NCBI GenBank assembly: GCA_030432635.1
Contig: JAUIMB010000011.1
Location: 54,124-118,123 of the forward strand
Length of the DNA stretch: 64,000 bases
Source of the DNA: Bacteroidia bacterium
Lineage (GTDB): Bacteria > Bacteroidota > Bacteroidia > Flavobacteriales > Flavobacteriaceae
Direction: 5' to 3'
This document shows, piece by piece, positions 20,128 through 30,384 of this stretch (the stretch's first letter is position 1; every line of letters begins with the position of its first letter). Both the position numbers and the translations under genes were made by a program. The notes under the pieces were generated by a model, which saw only the letters and a list, made by a program, of their open reading frames with translations, was not told the DNA's origin and did no database searches.

Positions 20128-20573
20128 TCAAAAAGACACTTATCACCTTTTGCGTATTCATTATGTGCCTGACATCATTTGCACAAAAAGAAGAACGACA
20201 AGAGCGACTTAAAGCCTACAAAATAGCATTCATTACCGAAAAACTGAATCTCACTGAAGATGAAGCCCAAAAATTTTGGCCAATCTATAATGCCCATGAA
20301 AAAGAAGTTGAGATGCTTCGCCATAATGCGCGTGAAAAACGTCGCAATCTCAATATCAGGGAACTTTCTGAAAGTGAAGCATTAACTGCACTTGAAGATA
20401 TGATGGCATTTGAAAAGGAACAGCTCAATCATCGTGAAGACCTGATCGAAAACCTAAAAAACATCATTCCCGCAATTAAGATTATCAAATTGCAGCTTGC
20501 TGAAAAAGCGTTCAATCAGCGTATGCTAGAAGAGTTCAAAAATAGACGTGAGAAATTCAAAAGACGAAACTAA
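20124..20573 (+). CDS. Spy/CpxP-like periplasmic helical protein (sensor of ECF sigma)
   Basis: Signal peptide; KIAFITEKLNLTEDEAQKFWPIYN motif. Confidence 0.75.
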   Translation: MIKKTLITFCVFIMCLTSFAQKEERQERLKAYKIAFITEKLNLTEDEAQKFWPIYNAHEKEVEMLRHNAREKRRNLNIRELSESEALTALEDMMAFEKEQLNHREDLIENLKNIIPAIKIIKLQLAEKAFNQRMLEEFKNRREKFKRRN

Positions 20574-20709
20574 CTTAAACTATAGCCAATATCCCAGAAC
20601 TATACTATAGTAATCGTACGCTTTTTATCATCCCAATAAATTTACCCAAAATCGGGTATTGCACAGTAAACACTTCTTTGTACCTTTATAATCAATCAAT
20701 TAGCTAATT

Positions 20710-23700
20710 ATGAAAGGGACATATATCGGCAAACTATTGGGCAGTTTCAAAAAATTCAATATTTCCACATCATTATTTTCAACATTTCTCCTACTCACCA
20801 TAGCTATGGGAGCCATTGGAAACATTTTCGATGTGAAGAACCATCTTACCCATCCGCAATTTACAGAGCATATCAGTAAATCTTGGTTTTTGGAAACCAC
20901 TGATAAATGCGATCTTTTCTTGTACAAACTGTTTTTTATAATTGACTTCATTTGGGCTCCTTTACTGTTATGGATTCTTTTTAAAATTATCAAATGGAAA
21001 ACCAAAACAGTCCTAAAGGGCTTAAAATGGGTGCCTGTGCTTTTTGCAATTTTAGCTATCGCAAGCCTTGTATTCGATTATATTGAAAACATCAAGTACC
21101 TTACAACATACCAGTATCCTAAAGATATTGCCATATTAAAGATCGCTTGCTATGCTTCCGCAGTATTCATATTTACGGTTGTATGCTTATTGAATTTTAA
21201 AACAAAATGGTTTATCATTCTTAGAAATTTTGTCCGTTCATCATGGATTAGCTTGCTTATACTTTTCGTATTGGGAATGGCGCTCCCAAAAGTGCCTCAA
21301 TTCAATTCGGTTATTGTAGATCTTTATTATCGTCCTATACAATTCTCTTTTGTTTTTTTGGCTTTGTTCGCACCTTTATATGCCATAGTACTGTCCCATT
21401 ACCCTAGCTATATATCGCTCTCTGCGCTAAACCAAATTTCCGTTAGACATTGGCGAATGACTGATAAATTTTGGCTATTTGGAACCATATGGTATAAGGA
21501 AAGACCGCATAAAGGAAAGGAAGATGTATACAAATCTTATCAAAGTGTCGTAGGGTATCTCAGAAGGTCACTTGGAATTTTGTTCTACTCAGCTATTTTC
21601 TTCCTTTTGGCTTTTACGGCTGATACCAATTTTGACTGTGGACTAAAGTTTGCGCCATTTACAATGGTATTGATTATTTTCCTATTACTTTTCCTAAATT
21701 ATCATAGAAACAAATATGCCACTTGGGAAAAAACAAACAAACCGTTTCTGAATATCCTTTCGCAGCAAGAGGCAATGGACATTTATAAAAGTGACGTATC
21801 ATCGAAACAAACACCAACTCCAGATGCTTCATTATTCTCGATTAACAAACCTATTAAAGCTTATGTTTTATGGGTTTCAATTTCGGTTGCACTTCTCATA
21901 TGGCTTTTCATTTCTCTTTATATGACCAATAAGGATGATCCTTACAGTTGGTTCAATGTTATTTTAAGCTTATCATGTCTTGTGGCACAATCTATAAGCT
22001 ATGTTTATTACAGAACCTATAGAAGTGCCTTCAAGTACGTGTTTTTCGACCCTAACCAAAAAGCTATATTCTACGCTTTTGGCATTGTTGGCTATGATGC
22101 TGACAGATACCAAGAATACAAATCATTGATTACGGAAGTTTTCAAGAATTATGATTTCAAGAACGGAAGCAAACTTTTAAGGTTTTTTTCAAAATTGAGG
22201 TTTTTTGAATTCAGTTTCGGTTCTCTCAGTAACCACATTGTCTTTTTAAAGCGAATCATATACTTAGGCTTCTTAAATGCCATTGTTCTTTTGGTACTGA
22301 ACTACTTCAATTTATATACTGTAGCACTTAATTCTACCCTTATCATTCTGTCTTACTTCTTTTTATTCTATGGAATTTTTGTGATTATCATCAAGCATAT
22401 TATCTACTATTCGAAATCAGAGGAGGTTTTTGCAAGAAACAACAAAATAAAGTTCAAGAATTCAATGTTGGCATTTGGGTTAATGCTATTCGTCCTTATT
22501 GGTTTAGCTAGATTTAATACGGAAACAAAAAGTGAACTATATGTCTTAAAACAAATTGATACATCTGATGAAGTTCCTTTGCGCACCTTTGTAGAACATC
22601 TAGAGTATGGAAATCGTTTTTATATTGGTTGTTATGGAGGTGGTATGAAGGCGAATGCCTGGACCATGACCGTTTTGGATTCGCTTAATAAGGGCTTCAA
22701 TATTATGGAAAAAGCGACATGCCTATCTGGAGCTTCAGGAGGAACCATTGGCTTAACCAACTATACAACCATTTATTCAGAAAACAATACTGAAGCGAAG
22801 CGATCTGAAATTGTACGAAAGATTGCAACAGAGGATATTCTCTCCATTGATTTAACGCATGTTTTGGGAAGGGATCTTGTAGGACATTTGTTTATACCTC
22901 GTACAATATGCGATTTAAAAGGCACAGATCGTTCTACTGCAGCAATGAAGAAATACGCTAAGCTTACTAATTTTTCTCCAAATCATAGTTTTGAAACTTT
23001 AACCTATAGAGGCTATTGGAAGACCATGTATGAAAAGAAAAAACACAAATTGCCCATCCTTATAGCCAATAGTACTAATATTGAAGGTAGACAAGGCATG
23101 GCTGTATCAATCAAAACAAAAGATGAGCAAAGTAGAATCTTATACACAGGTGCTGATGATATTCTCGAACTTGATAATTCAAAAACCTTGTCCTATTTCA
23201 ATGCCACATCTACAACGAACAGGTTTCCGCTCATTAGTCCTGCAGCAACCATTAAAGGCAAAGGACAATACAATGATGGAGGTATTTATGAGAATTCTGG
23301 CTTGCTTTCCGCATACAAACTTTACCAAGCAATTGAATCCATAAATGATACAATTAGTGCCAAAAATGTTTTTGTAAACATTGTGAACGACAAAAATCTC
23401 TTCATTAAGGCCTATATTCAAGACCAATACTCAGCGCTAAAAAACGACTCCTGTTTTGGAGATAATATCAATGAATCAAGTGAAATGAGTGCAATACTAA
23501 AATCTGTTTCCGCAACAGAGATGTTTCCGTCGTACATAAAAGAAAAATTAGAGTATCTATCAGATTATGACAAGTGTGACATTACATTCATCAGTATCTA
23601 TCTACCGCATCGATTTGACCTAGACGATATCAAAACCTTATACAAACCAGAAATTGTTAATGCGATGTGCGTGAATGAACTTGACAGAATAATTACTAAA

Positions 23701-23877
23701 AATAAAGATGATATAAAAGATTGCTATAACCGAAAAGACGACTGCCTACCTATTGTTGAACCCGAATTAAGTCGAGTGATGGCCAAACCTGCTCATGATT
23801 TCATGCTTGCCATGCTCAAGCATCCTTATGTAGAAAAAGATATTGATGAATTAGGCAAGTTATTATCTGAAAATTAA
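20710..23877 (+). CDS. Large polytopic membrane protein with C-terminal patatin-like phospholipase domain
   Basis: More than 10 hydrophobic segments in aa 1-600; then YGGGMKA (Gly-rich loop), SGASGG (GxSxG) and NDGGIYENSG (DGG). Confidence 0.75.
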   Translation: MKGTYIGKLLGSFKKFNISTSLFSTFLLLTIAMGAIGNIFDVKNHLTHPQFTEHISKSWFLETTDKCDLFLYKLFFIIDFIWAPLLLWILFKIIKWKTKTVLKGLKWVPVLFAILAIASLVFDYIENIKYLTTYQYPKDIAILKIACYASAVFIFTVVCLLNFKTKWFIILRNFVRSSWISLLILFVLGMALPKVPQFNSVIVDLYYRPIQFSFVFLALFAPLYAIVLSHYPSYISLSALNQISVRHWRMTDKFWLFGTIWYKERPHKGKEDVYKSYQSVVGYLRRSLGILFYSAIFFLLAFTADTNFDCGLKFAPFTMVLIIFLLLFLNYHRNKYATWEKTNKPFLNILSQQEAMDIYKSDVSSKQTPTPDASLFSINKPIKAYVLWVSISVALLIWLFISLYMTNKDDPYSWFNVILSLSCLVAQSISYVYYRTYRSAFKYVFFDPNQKAIFYAFGIVGYDADRYQEYKSLITEVFKNYDFKNGSKLLRFFSKLRFFEFSFGSLSNHIVFLKRIIYLGFLNAIVLLVLNYFNLYTVALNSTLIILSYFFLFYGIFVIIIKHIIYYSKSEEVFARNNKIKFKNSMLAFGLMLFVLIGLARFNTETKSELYVLKQIDTSDEVPLRTFVEHLEYGNRFYIGCYGGGMKANAWTMTVLDSLNKGFNIMEKATCLSGASGGTIGLTNYTTIYSENNTEAKRSEIVRKIATEDILSIDLTHVLGRDLVGHLFIPRTICDLKGTDRSTAAMKKYAKLTNFSPNHSFETLTYRGYWKTMYEKKKHKLPILIANSTNIEGRQGMAVSIKTKDEQSRILYTGADDILELDNSKTLSYFNATSTTNRFPLISPAATIKGKGQYNDGGIYENSGLLSAYKLYQAIESINDTISAKNVFVNIVNDKNLFIKAYIQDQYSALKNDSCFGDNINESSEMSAILKSVSATEMFPSYIKEKLEYLSDYDKCDITFISIYLPHRFDLDDIKTLYKPEIVNAMCVNELDRIITKNKDDIKDCYNRKDDCLPIVEPELSRVMAKPAHDFMLAMLKHPYVEKDIDELGKLLSEN

Positions 23878-25038
23878 TTTGGAAACACGTCCTTGACCTG
23901 CCGCAAAAGCAACAGAATCATTTAAAAACCTCAGCGTATAAAAAGCCTCATCACTCAAATGTGACCAAGAATTACCCGAATCGGAACTGTAATCTATTCC
24001 TTTAAAACCAACGGTGACCAATTTCGAAGCATTACCATTAGGAACATACTGTACACAACTTCGATAGCCTGGAGCTTGACCATCGGCTACAACATGCCAA
24101 GTCTTTCCTCCATCGTTTGTTCTTATTTTATTGGCATTGTTACCTTCTGGTTTCGTATAGTCGCCTCCAATCGCAAAACCATGTGTTTCATCATAAAAAT
24201 CTAAAGAATACATACCTGTGGTTTCCAAACCTTGAATGATCGGAGTTTCATAAACTTCCCAAGAATTCCCTTTATCTGGTGAGTACAATATGCGACTTGC
24301 CTTTCCTCCTGTGGCTATCCAAGTTTTATCGCCTACCATGGCAATATTGGAGTCACTAGCCGCAAAGGCTGCTTCACCATCTTTAGCCAATGGCAAATTC
24401 TCACAAGGTAATTTTGACCAGGTCTTGCCTCCATCACGAGTAATCACAATACTTAAACAACCATCGGTTGGGTCACCAATGGCCAAACCCTCTTGGTCAT
24501 TCCAGAATTCCATGGCATCATAAAAGGCCTTAGGGTGATTTTCAATATAGACAACCTTGTTTTCTTCCAAATCTAAATCCAGTTTATAAATCAGAGCAGG
24601 ACTTCCAATACTAATTCCATAGGCTCGACGCTTATTAACGGACAGGGCTCTAAAATTCGGAGTAATGGAATCAAAGGCTAAACTTACTGGCAACACTGCG
24701 TCAAAATCATCAGATTCACTGAGATTTAATTGGTCAAAACCTTTAAAAGTATTACTGGGCACTATAGCACCAAACCTACCATCTGATGTTACAAAAGCAG
24801 CACCTTGATACGCTTCTACAACTTCAATCGCTCGAACATTCAATGTAGAGTCTTTAATAATGGTTTCAATTTCCATATACGGAATTGATTGATTGATTAG
24901 TTTTTCATTAGATGAATGTGTTCTATTTCGGATTATAAACAACAAACCGAAAAGCAAAAAAGGTCCAATAAATATGAATAAGGTTTTCCTCATACTATCA
25001 TGATAAATAGCCATTTCATAAGAGCTGAAAAGTATCAT
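23863..25038 (-). CDS. Ycf48/BNR (Asp-box) repeat protein; likely start 24993
   Basis: Repeated T.DGGKTW / S.DKGNSW / S.DSGNSW Asp-boxes; GLAIGDP. Confidence 0.8.
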   Translation of the reverse strand: MILFSSYEMAIYHDSMRKTLFIFIGPFLLFGLLFIIRNRTHSSNEKLINQSIPYMEIETIIKDSTLNVRAIEVVEAYQGAAFVTSDGRFGAIVPSNTFKGFDQLNLSESDDFDAVLPVSLAFDSITPNFRALSVNKRRAYGISIGSPALIYKLDLDLEENKVVYIENHPKAFYDAMEFWNDQEGLAIGDPTDGCLSIVITRDGGKTWSKLPCENLPLAKDGEAAFAASDSNIAMVGDKTWIATGGKASRILYSPDKGNSWEVYETPIIQGLETTGMYSLDFYDETHGFAIGGDYTKPEGNNANKIRTNDGGKTWHVVADGQAPGYRSCVQYVPNGNASKLVTVGFKGIDYSSDSGNSWSHLSDEAFYTLRFLNDSVAFAAGQGRVSKLIFR

Positions 25039-25044
25039 AAAAAT

Positions 25045-25075
25045 AAAAAAAGCTCCGTAATATTACAACGAAGCT
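25045..25075 (-). terminator. Intrinsic terminator ending the CotH operon
   Basis: Minus strand AGCTTCGT-loop-ACGGAGCT-T7. Confidence 0.75.
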
Positions 25076-25119
25076 TTTCAAATGATAAGAAAACTATTAA
25101 TCAAACAGTATCATTATAA

Positions 25120-27882
25120 CTAATTTTTAATAATTCGAAACGTTTTATTCTTATTGACTGTAATCAAATAAATACCATTCGCATAATCTGAAATATTTAT
25201 GTCTACTCTGCCAACTGACCTAAAATTGTTTTGAAAAAGCAGCTGACCTTGCACATTATAAACCAAAACAGAATCGATGTTACTAAATGAACTTTCAATA
25301 ACTAGAATACCGTTTGTTGGATTGGGATACAATTTCAAACTATCTCCAAACACATAATCTTCAACAGAAAGTGTTTCATTATTGATACCAAAAGTAGGAG
25401 CTTGTATAACAAAATCCCCTGTTCCATTAGGGTTTCTTGCATATCCCATATCAGTAACTTGAGCACCAAAAGTAATATCTTCTATAACTGTTCCATTAGT
25501 ATAAGATAAGATAGCGCTTTCACCACCTGCCGAGAATTTTACATCTGCATGTAAACCATCTTGGTCTAGATCTTCATCACACCATACTATCAAGTATTCG
25601 CCTGGCGCAATCGTAATTCCAGAAGGGAAAGGCCAAACCAATAAATCTGTAGGATCATCAGATAAATATAGGTTATCTAAGCTTAAGGTCTCATCACTAT
25701 TATTATACAATTCTAACCAATCTTCATATTCTCCATCTTGATCGGTTACAGTAGTATCATTTGAAGCCATTAATTCATTAATTACTAAATCTCCTGGTGT
25801 TATGGTTGGATATGAATTATCAACGGATTCATTATTTTCTGCAAAAGTTGGTTCTTGAATTACAAAATCTCCTGTTCCATTGGGATTTCTTGCATAACCC
25901 ATATCATCTGTTTGCGAGCCAAAGGTTATATTTTCTATAATAGTTCCATCTGCATAAGATAAAATCGCACTTTCACCACCTGAAGAAAATTTCAAATCGG
26001 CATGTAACCCTGTTTGGTCTAAATCTTTATCACACCAAACTATTAAATATTCGTCTGGCGCAATTGTAATTCCTGCAGGAAACTGCCAGGCTAATAAATC
26101 TGTAGGATCATCGGATAAATACAAATTATCTAAACTTATGGTTTCAGAAGAGTTATTATATAATTCTAACCAATCATCATACTCACCATCTTGATCGGCA
26201 ACTGTTGTGACATTAGATGCCATTAATTCATTTATAACCAAATCACCAATAGGAATAGTTAAATAAGTCGCGTTTATGGTATAAAACTCATGCTCTGCTC
26301 GTGCTGGAGAAAAAGCACCTATATTGTTATTTTCAGCATATATATAGTATTGTGTATATTCTTCAGTAATTGCTAACTCTACACCATATACACCATCATT
26401 TGCGCTTCCATCATTATGATTACCATCATCATACATAAGAGTTTTGGTAAAAGCTTCATGCTGATCGTTTCTGTAACCTAAAAATACGGTATCAGAATTA
26501 GTATTGATGACGTTACTAGTGATAGTTATGGTTGTATCTATCTCTGGACTTGAATTAGATTCTGACACATTACTTATTTCAGGTTGAGTTACTGTAAAAT
26601 CTGATAAAGCAGAAAGATAATTCCCTCTAGCATTCATTAAATTAGTTAAGCCTGAAGCTGTATTCATACCTAGACTATAATCTGTATTTATGTTTCCAAT
26701 GAATTGAGCGTATGAATAAAATTTATTAACATCTGCTTGAACCGCAGCATCAATGATACTTTGAAAGTCATTTGCTAAAGTCAGATAGTTAGAGTTTGTA
26801 ATCTGCTCAGTTAGAATTGTCTTGTAGTGTGCTAAATACATTTTCTTATACCTAGGAACTGCTAAAAGTTTAGACATTAATGGAAAATTATTATCTGTAT
26901 CATGTAACAAGTGATCCATTTGTGCTTTTTGAGTCGTGGTGTTTAAATTTCCTCCTCCTGGTCCTCCTCCGCTTGCGCCAGTCATACTGAAAGTTCCAAA
27001 CGACATATTTAAATCCCAAACAACTGGACTAAAACGTCCATTATTACCTTTATACAAATAATAATTTTGTTTAAATTCTCCGATATAACTATCCAGATTA
27101 ACTAAAACATTATCAAAAGCTAACATCCATAAAGCGCGATCTACGTCTAATACAGTTTCAATATTTGCGATGTCAGTATTTAAAATATTTGTTAGCTCAA
27201 TCAAATCGTCCCAATGTGCATCTGCAACAGTAGGATCTGTTTCATCATCAGATTTAATTTCATAGGCATCTTCATAGCTTGCGCTATTTGTTCCTAAATA
27301 GGCAAGATTCGGATAATCATTTGATCCAGGTCCTGCTCCATCTGGAGGACTACAACTAAAAAAAGCATTATCATTTGATCCAAAATGGTTATTGACAAAC
27401 TTTTTAGAAATAGATTCTACATTAGTATATAGCCCTATTAATGTACCATTAACATACACATTAGCATAATTAGCTAATGGCGCATGCATGTAGTTTCTAG
27501 CAATGTCATAAGCAACAGTCTCTCTAACAAATGAAGGGTCGAATATGACATTTGCTAATTTCAAATCTGTTGTACCTTGATAGTTTTGATCAACGTAGGT
27601 ATCTAACTCTATATGAAATGGATTTTTAGTCTGATTGGGATTGTAAGAGCTGTTTCCCTTATACTTCACACCTACTTGATTAAAAACGGTTCCGTTAATG
27701 GTTACAGAAGTTGCTTCGGTGTAATTGTTGTCTCCAGCTTTTTCTGCATCTAATAGTGCATCCCAGTTACTTTCTGCAAATACAATTTCTATGGTTTGAA
27801 TCGTATTAGTATCATACAACTCTTGTGCATAAATACTACTAGCAAAGAGTAATACTAATAAAAATGTAATTGTTTTTTTCAT
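25120..27882 (-). CDS. CotH-family kinase with two lamin-tail domains and a T9SS type A sorting domain
   Basis: GVKYKGNSSY, NLDSY, NYYLY and WDLNMSFG CotH motifs; two VINELMASN...DWLELYN LTDs; C-terminal LYPNPTNG...KTFRIIKN. Confidence 0.88.
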   Translation of the reverse strand: MKKTITFLLVLLFASSIYAQELYDTNTIQTIEIVFAESNWDALLDAEKAGDNNYTEATSVTINGTVFNQVGVKYKGNSSYNPNQTKNPFHIELDTYVDQNYQGTTDLKLANVIFDPSFVRETVAYDIARNYMHAPLANYANVYVNGTLIGLYTNVESISKKFVNNHFGSNDNAFFSCSPPDGAGPGSNDYPNLAYLGTNSASYEDAYEIKSDDETDPTVADAHWDDLIELTNILNTDIANIETVLDVDRALWMLAFDNVLVNLDSYIGEFKQNYYLYKGNNGRFSPVVWDLNMSFGTFSMTGASGGGPGGGNLNTTTQKAQMDHLLHDTDNNFPLMSKLLAVPRYKKMYLAHYKTILTEQITNSNYLTLANDFQSIIDAAVQADVNKFYSYAQFIGNINTDYSLGMNTASGLTNLMNARGNYLSALSDFTVTQPEISNVSESNSSPEIDTTITITSNVINTNSDTVFLGYRNDQHEAFTKTLMYDDGNHNDGSANDGVYGVELAITEEYTQYYIYAENNNIGAFSPARAEHEFYTINATYLTIPIGDLVINELMASNVTTVADQDGEYDDWLELYNNSSETISLDNLYLSDDPTDLLAWQFPAGITIAPDEYLIVWCDKDLDQTGLHADLKFSSGGESAILSYADGTIIENITFGSQTDDMGYARNPNGTGDFVIQEPTFAENNESVDNSYPTITPGDLVINELMASNDTTVTDQDGEYEDWLELYNNSDETLSLDNLYLSDDPTDLLVWPFPSGITIAPGEYLIVWCDEDLDQDGLHADVKFSAGGESAILSYTNGTVIEDITFGAQVTDMGYARNPNGTGDFVIQAPTFGINNETLSVEDYVFGDSLKLYPNPTNGILVIESSFSNIDSVLVYNVQGQLLFQNNFRSVGRVDINISDYANGIYLITVNKNKTFRIIKN
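25390..26270 (-). repeat. Tandem duplication of the lamin-tail domain (453-bp period)
   Basis: cctgttccatt occurs at 25418 and 25871; the two protein repeats are near-identical. Confidence 0.85.
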
Positions 27883-27889
27883 TTGTGTG

Positions 27890-28567
27890 TTAATTTAAAT
27901 GTTCTTTTTGTAACGTTTTTACATCTGCAATTAATTGTTGTACAGACGTTTTGTTTAATCCGTTATAAATTCCTCTAATGCGTCTTTGTTTATCAATAAG
28001 GACGAAATTTTCAGTATGGAGAAAGTCGTCATCTGTTTTATTTAATCCTAAATCTTCTTCAGCAAAATAGGCTTCACGACCTAAGTCATAAATTTGCTTT
28101 CTGTCACCAGTTACCAAATGCCATTTTTCATTAATAACACCTTTAGTTTCTGCATAACGTTTTAATGTTGAGACAGAATCTGTTTCTGGAGTTACTGAAT
28201 GTGATAATAGCAAAATGTCATCATCATCTATAAATTCGTCTTGTAACACCATCATGTTTGCTGTCATTTTCGGGCAAATACCAGGACAGGTTGTAAAGAA
28301 AAAATCAGCAATATAGATTTTATCTTTAAAGGTTTTCTCGGTGACTTCCTCACCTAATTGATTTACTAAGCTAAACTTTGGGATTTTGTGAATGATATCT
28401 GCTTCTTCTCCATTTGGATCTAACCAATGAGGTGTAAATGTTGCCTCCTTATAAAATGGCAGTGCTGAAACTCTACTCGTTTTTTCAGAAGTTGAAGACT
28501 CTTTACATCCTGCAAAGCATAACATCAAAAAAGAAACCATTATATATTTAATATTGCACATTCTCAT
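27890..28567 (-). CDS. Sco1/SenC-family copper chaperone lipoprotein (ORF track start 28594)
   Basis: FFTTCPGICP (CxxxC), conserved His in FLHTENF, lipobox FAGC. Confidence 0.9.
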   Translation of the reverse strand: MRMCNIKYIMVSFLMLCFAGCKESSTSEKTSRVSALPFYKEATFTPHWLDPNGEEADIIHKIPKFSLVNQLGEEVTEKTFKDKIYIADFFFTTCPGICPKMTANMMVLQDEFIDDDDILLLSHSVTPETDSVSTLKRYAETKGVINEKWHLVTGDRKQIYDLGREAYFAEEDLGLNKTDDDFLHTENFVLIDKQRRIRGIYNGLNKTSVQQLIADVKTLQKEHLN

Positions 28568-29150
28568 CTTCCAATTGATAACATAAATTCGCACGTTTTA
28601 ATCCGAAAATCCGTCCGTTTTTAGCCTCGTAATTATTATAAATTTTTCCATTTTCACGCCATGCCTTTTGCATGCCTTCTTCTTTTCCGTTCACAATTGT
28701 CATTTCTTTAAACTTAGCTCCAGATTTGTACCATTGTTTCTGTATTCCGTTTACAATGCCATTAGTATAGTTGGCCTCAGAGCGTAAATTGCCGTTTTTC
28801 CACCATGATTTTGCTTTTCCATGTTGTAATCCGTTAGCATAATAAGCCTCAAAGCTTAAGCTTCCATCTGGGAACCATTTTTGATATATTCCATGACGCT
28901 TACCATTAACAAATTGAATAGATTCCACTTTAAAATTTTCACTATAGTATCTAACTGAAGTACCATTAAAGGGCTGATTTTGATAATACATCAATCCTAA
29001 ATTAGGTTTCAACTCTAATTCAACCTTATTAATTACCATCTCATTTTCAGTAGTATTAACAACTTCAGTATAAGCCATAAATTTCTGTTCTTCTTTTTGA
29101 CAAGAAGACATAACTAACAGACTTATGATAAAAGTTGTTTTACTGAATAT
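28548..29150 (-). CDS. MORN-variant repeat (YwqK-like) lipoprotein; first in-frame ATG at 29111, a complete signal needs a start at 29150
   Basis: Repeats NGKRHG.YQKW..DG, NGLQHG..KSW.KNG, NGKEEG.QKAW.ENG; upstream in-frame IFSKTTFIISLLVMSSC. Confidence 0.8.
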   Translation of the reverse strand: MFSKTTFIISLLVMSSCQKEEQKFMAYTEVVNTTENEMVINKVELELKPNLGLMYYQNQPFNGTSVRYYSENFKVESIQFVNGKRHGIYQKWFPDGSLSFEAYYANGLQHGKAKSWWKNGNLRSEANYTNGIVNGIQKQWYKSGAKFKEMTIVNGKEEGMQKAWRENGKIYNNYEAKNGRIFGLKRANLCYQLEDENVQY

Positions 29151-30237
29151 TGCTTGGAGTGCCTTGATAATCGCCTGGGAATAAAATATAAAACTGATTT
29201 AAGTATAGATCATTTTGAATATGATAATGGTATTCACCATCAGGGTTATGAGGTGTTGGGCCAAAATGACCTCCTGAAGCGTCTAAATCTGTTGGATATT
29301 CATTTGAAGGATAATCTCTACGTCCATAAAGAAAGAATCCATCTGCGATGATTCCAATTAATTCTTGATCGTCGTCTGACCAAGCTTTAGTTTCTAAATG
29401 ATAATGATAACTTTGCGGTCCTGTATGAGCAGCTGTGTAATCTAAAGAACCAACTGCGCCATCCAACGGAATATTTGGACCTTCTTCATCATTATAAATC
29501 ATAGAGCCAGACACTGCAATTCCTATAGGTCCTAATCCTGTCGACGTAGAAGTTGCAGCCAATTGTGGATTTGCTGATACTGTTAATGTATAACTACCAT
29601 TAAAATCATCAATATTACCTGGAGCCATCATTTCATAACTTGTTACAGTTGGCTCAACAAATAATGGATGATTTTCTGCTGCAGCTGGAGTAACCAAAGT
29701 ATTTCCCATTGGATCGATTGCTGTACGCTCTGTTGTGTTAGACCAGTATGGAGACGTATGATTTGGTAATCCGTTACTTTCGATAACCACATTCGAACCA
29801 CTTAACATAATGTCTGTATTATCGGCATCAAACTCTGCAAAAGCAAGATGTAATGAAGTTGTTGTTGAAGCCGTTGAAAAACTAAAAGATGCTGAACTGC
29901 TTCCACCATTTCCATCAGAAGCAACAACAGTTCCGGAATAATTTGTTGAGGGCGTCAAAGCCGTTACATCTAACGTTAAAACCGATAAAGAGGAAGCTAA
30001 TTCAGAGCCTTGTAACGTCACTGTATAAGTCACTGTATCTCCATCAGCATCTGTAGCTTGCGTCCAATTAATACTAGCTGTGGTCTCAGTAATTGAAGTC
30101 ACACTTGCTGTAAAACCAGAAGGTGCTTGATTTGTAGTTTGGCCATTATCCTCATTTCCAGAATCATCACTACTACAAGCAAAAAAAGCTATAGCTACTA
30201 ATAAAAATGTCGTTAGAATTTTTAAATAATTTTTCAT
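29140..30237 (-). CDS. YHYH-domain lipoprotein with an N-terminal FN3-like domain
   Basis: Lipobox FFAC-SSDD; FN3-like segment; HTGPQSYHYHL, ADGFFLYG and GEYHYH motifs. Confidence 0.88.
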   Translation of the reverse strand: MKNYLKILTTFLLVAIAFFACSSDDSGNEDNGQTTNQAPSGFTASVTSITETTASINWTQATDADGDTVTYTVTLQGSELASSLSVLTLDVTALTPSTNYSGTVVASDGNGGSSSASFSFSTASTTTSLHLAFAEFDADNTDIMLSGSNVVIESNGLPNHTSPYWSNTTERTAIDPMGNTLVTPAAAENHPLFVEPTVTSYEMMAPGNIDDFNGSYTLTVSANPQLAATSTSTGLGPIGIAVSGSMIYNDEEGPNIPLDGAVGSLDYTAAHTGPQSYHYHLETKAWSDDDQELIGIIADGFFLYGRRDYPSNEYPTDLDASGGHFGPTPHNPDGEYHYHIQNDLYLNQFYILFPGDYQGTPSNIQ

Positions 30238-30270
30238 TGATTTATGTTTGATTTGTTAATCTTATGACTT

Positions 30271-30298
30271 TAGATGTCCTTTTAAAAAATAACTTGCG
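30271..30298 (-). promoter_or_regulatory. Putative ECF promoter CGCAAGTT-N14-CATCTA (YHYH-MORN-Sco-CotH operon)
   Basis: One of four copies with identical spacing; lies just downstream of an intrinsic terminator. Confidence 0.75.
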
Positions 30299-30317
30299 CT
30301 TAGTAATACTTTATTTC

Positions 30318-30348
30318 AAAAAAAAGCTTCGCAATTTCTCACGAAGCT
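30318..30348 (-). terminator. Intrinsic terminator after EF-hand gene 1
   Basis: AGCTTCG-loop-CGAAGCT-T8 on the minus strand. Confidence 0.8.
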
Positions 30349-30384
30349 CTTTCAACAAAAAACTATTAACCAATCAAATAATTT

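Noticed and set aside
28548-29111. Toxin-antitoxin interpretation of the YwqK-like protein
   Set aside because: The label reflects only MORN-variant repeats; there is no adjacent toxin, and the protein appears to be a lipoprotein.
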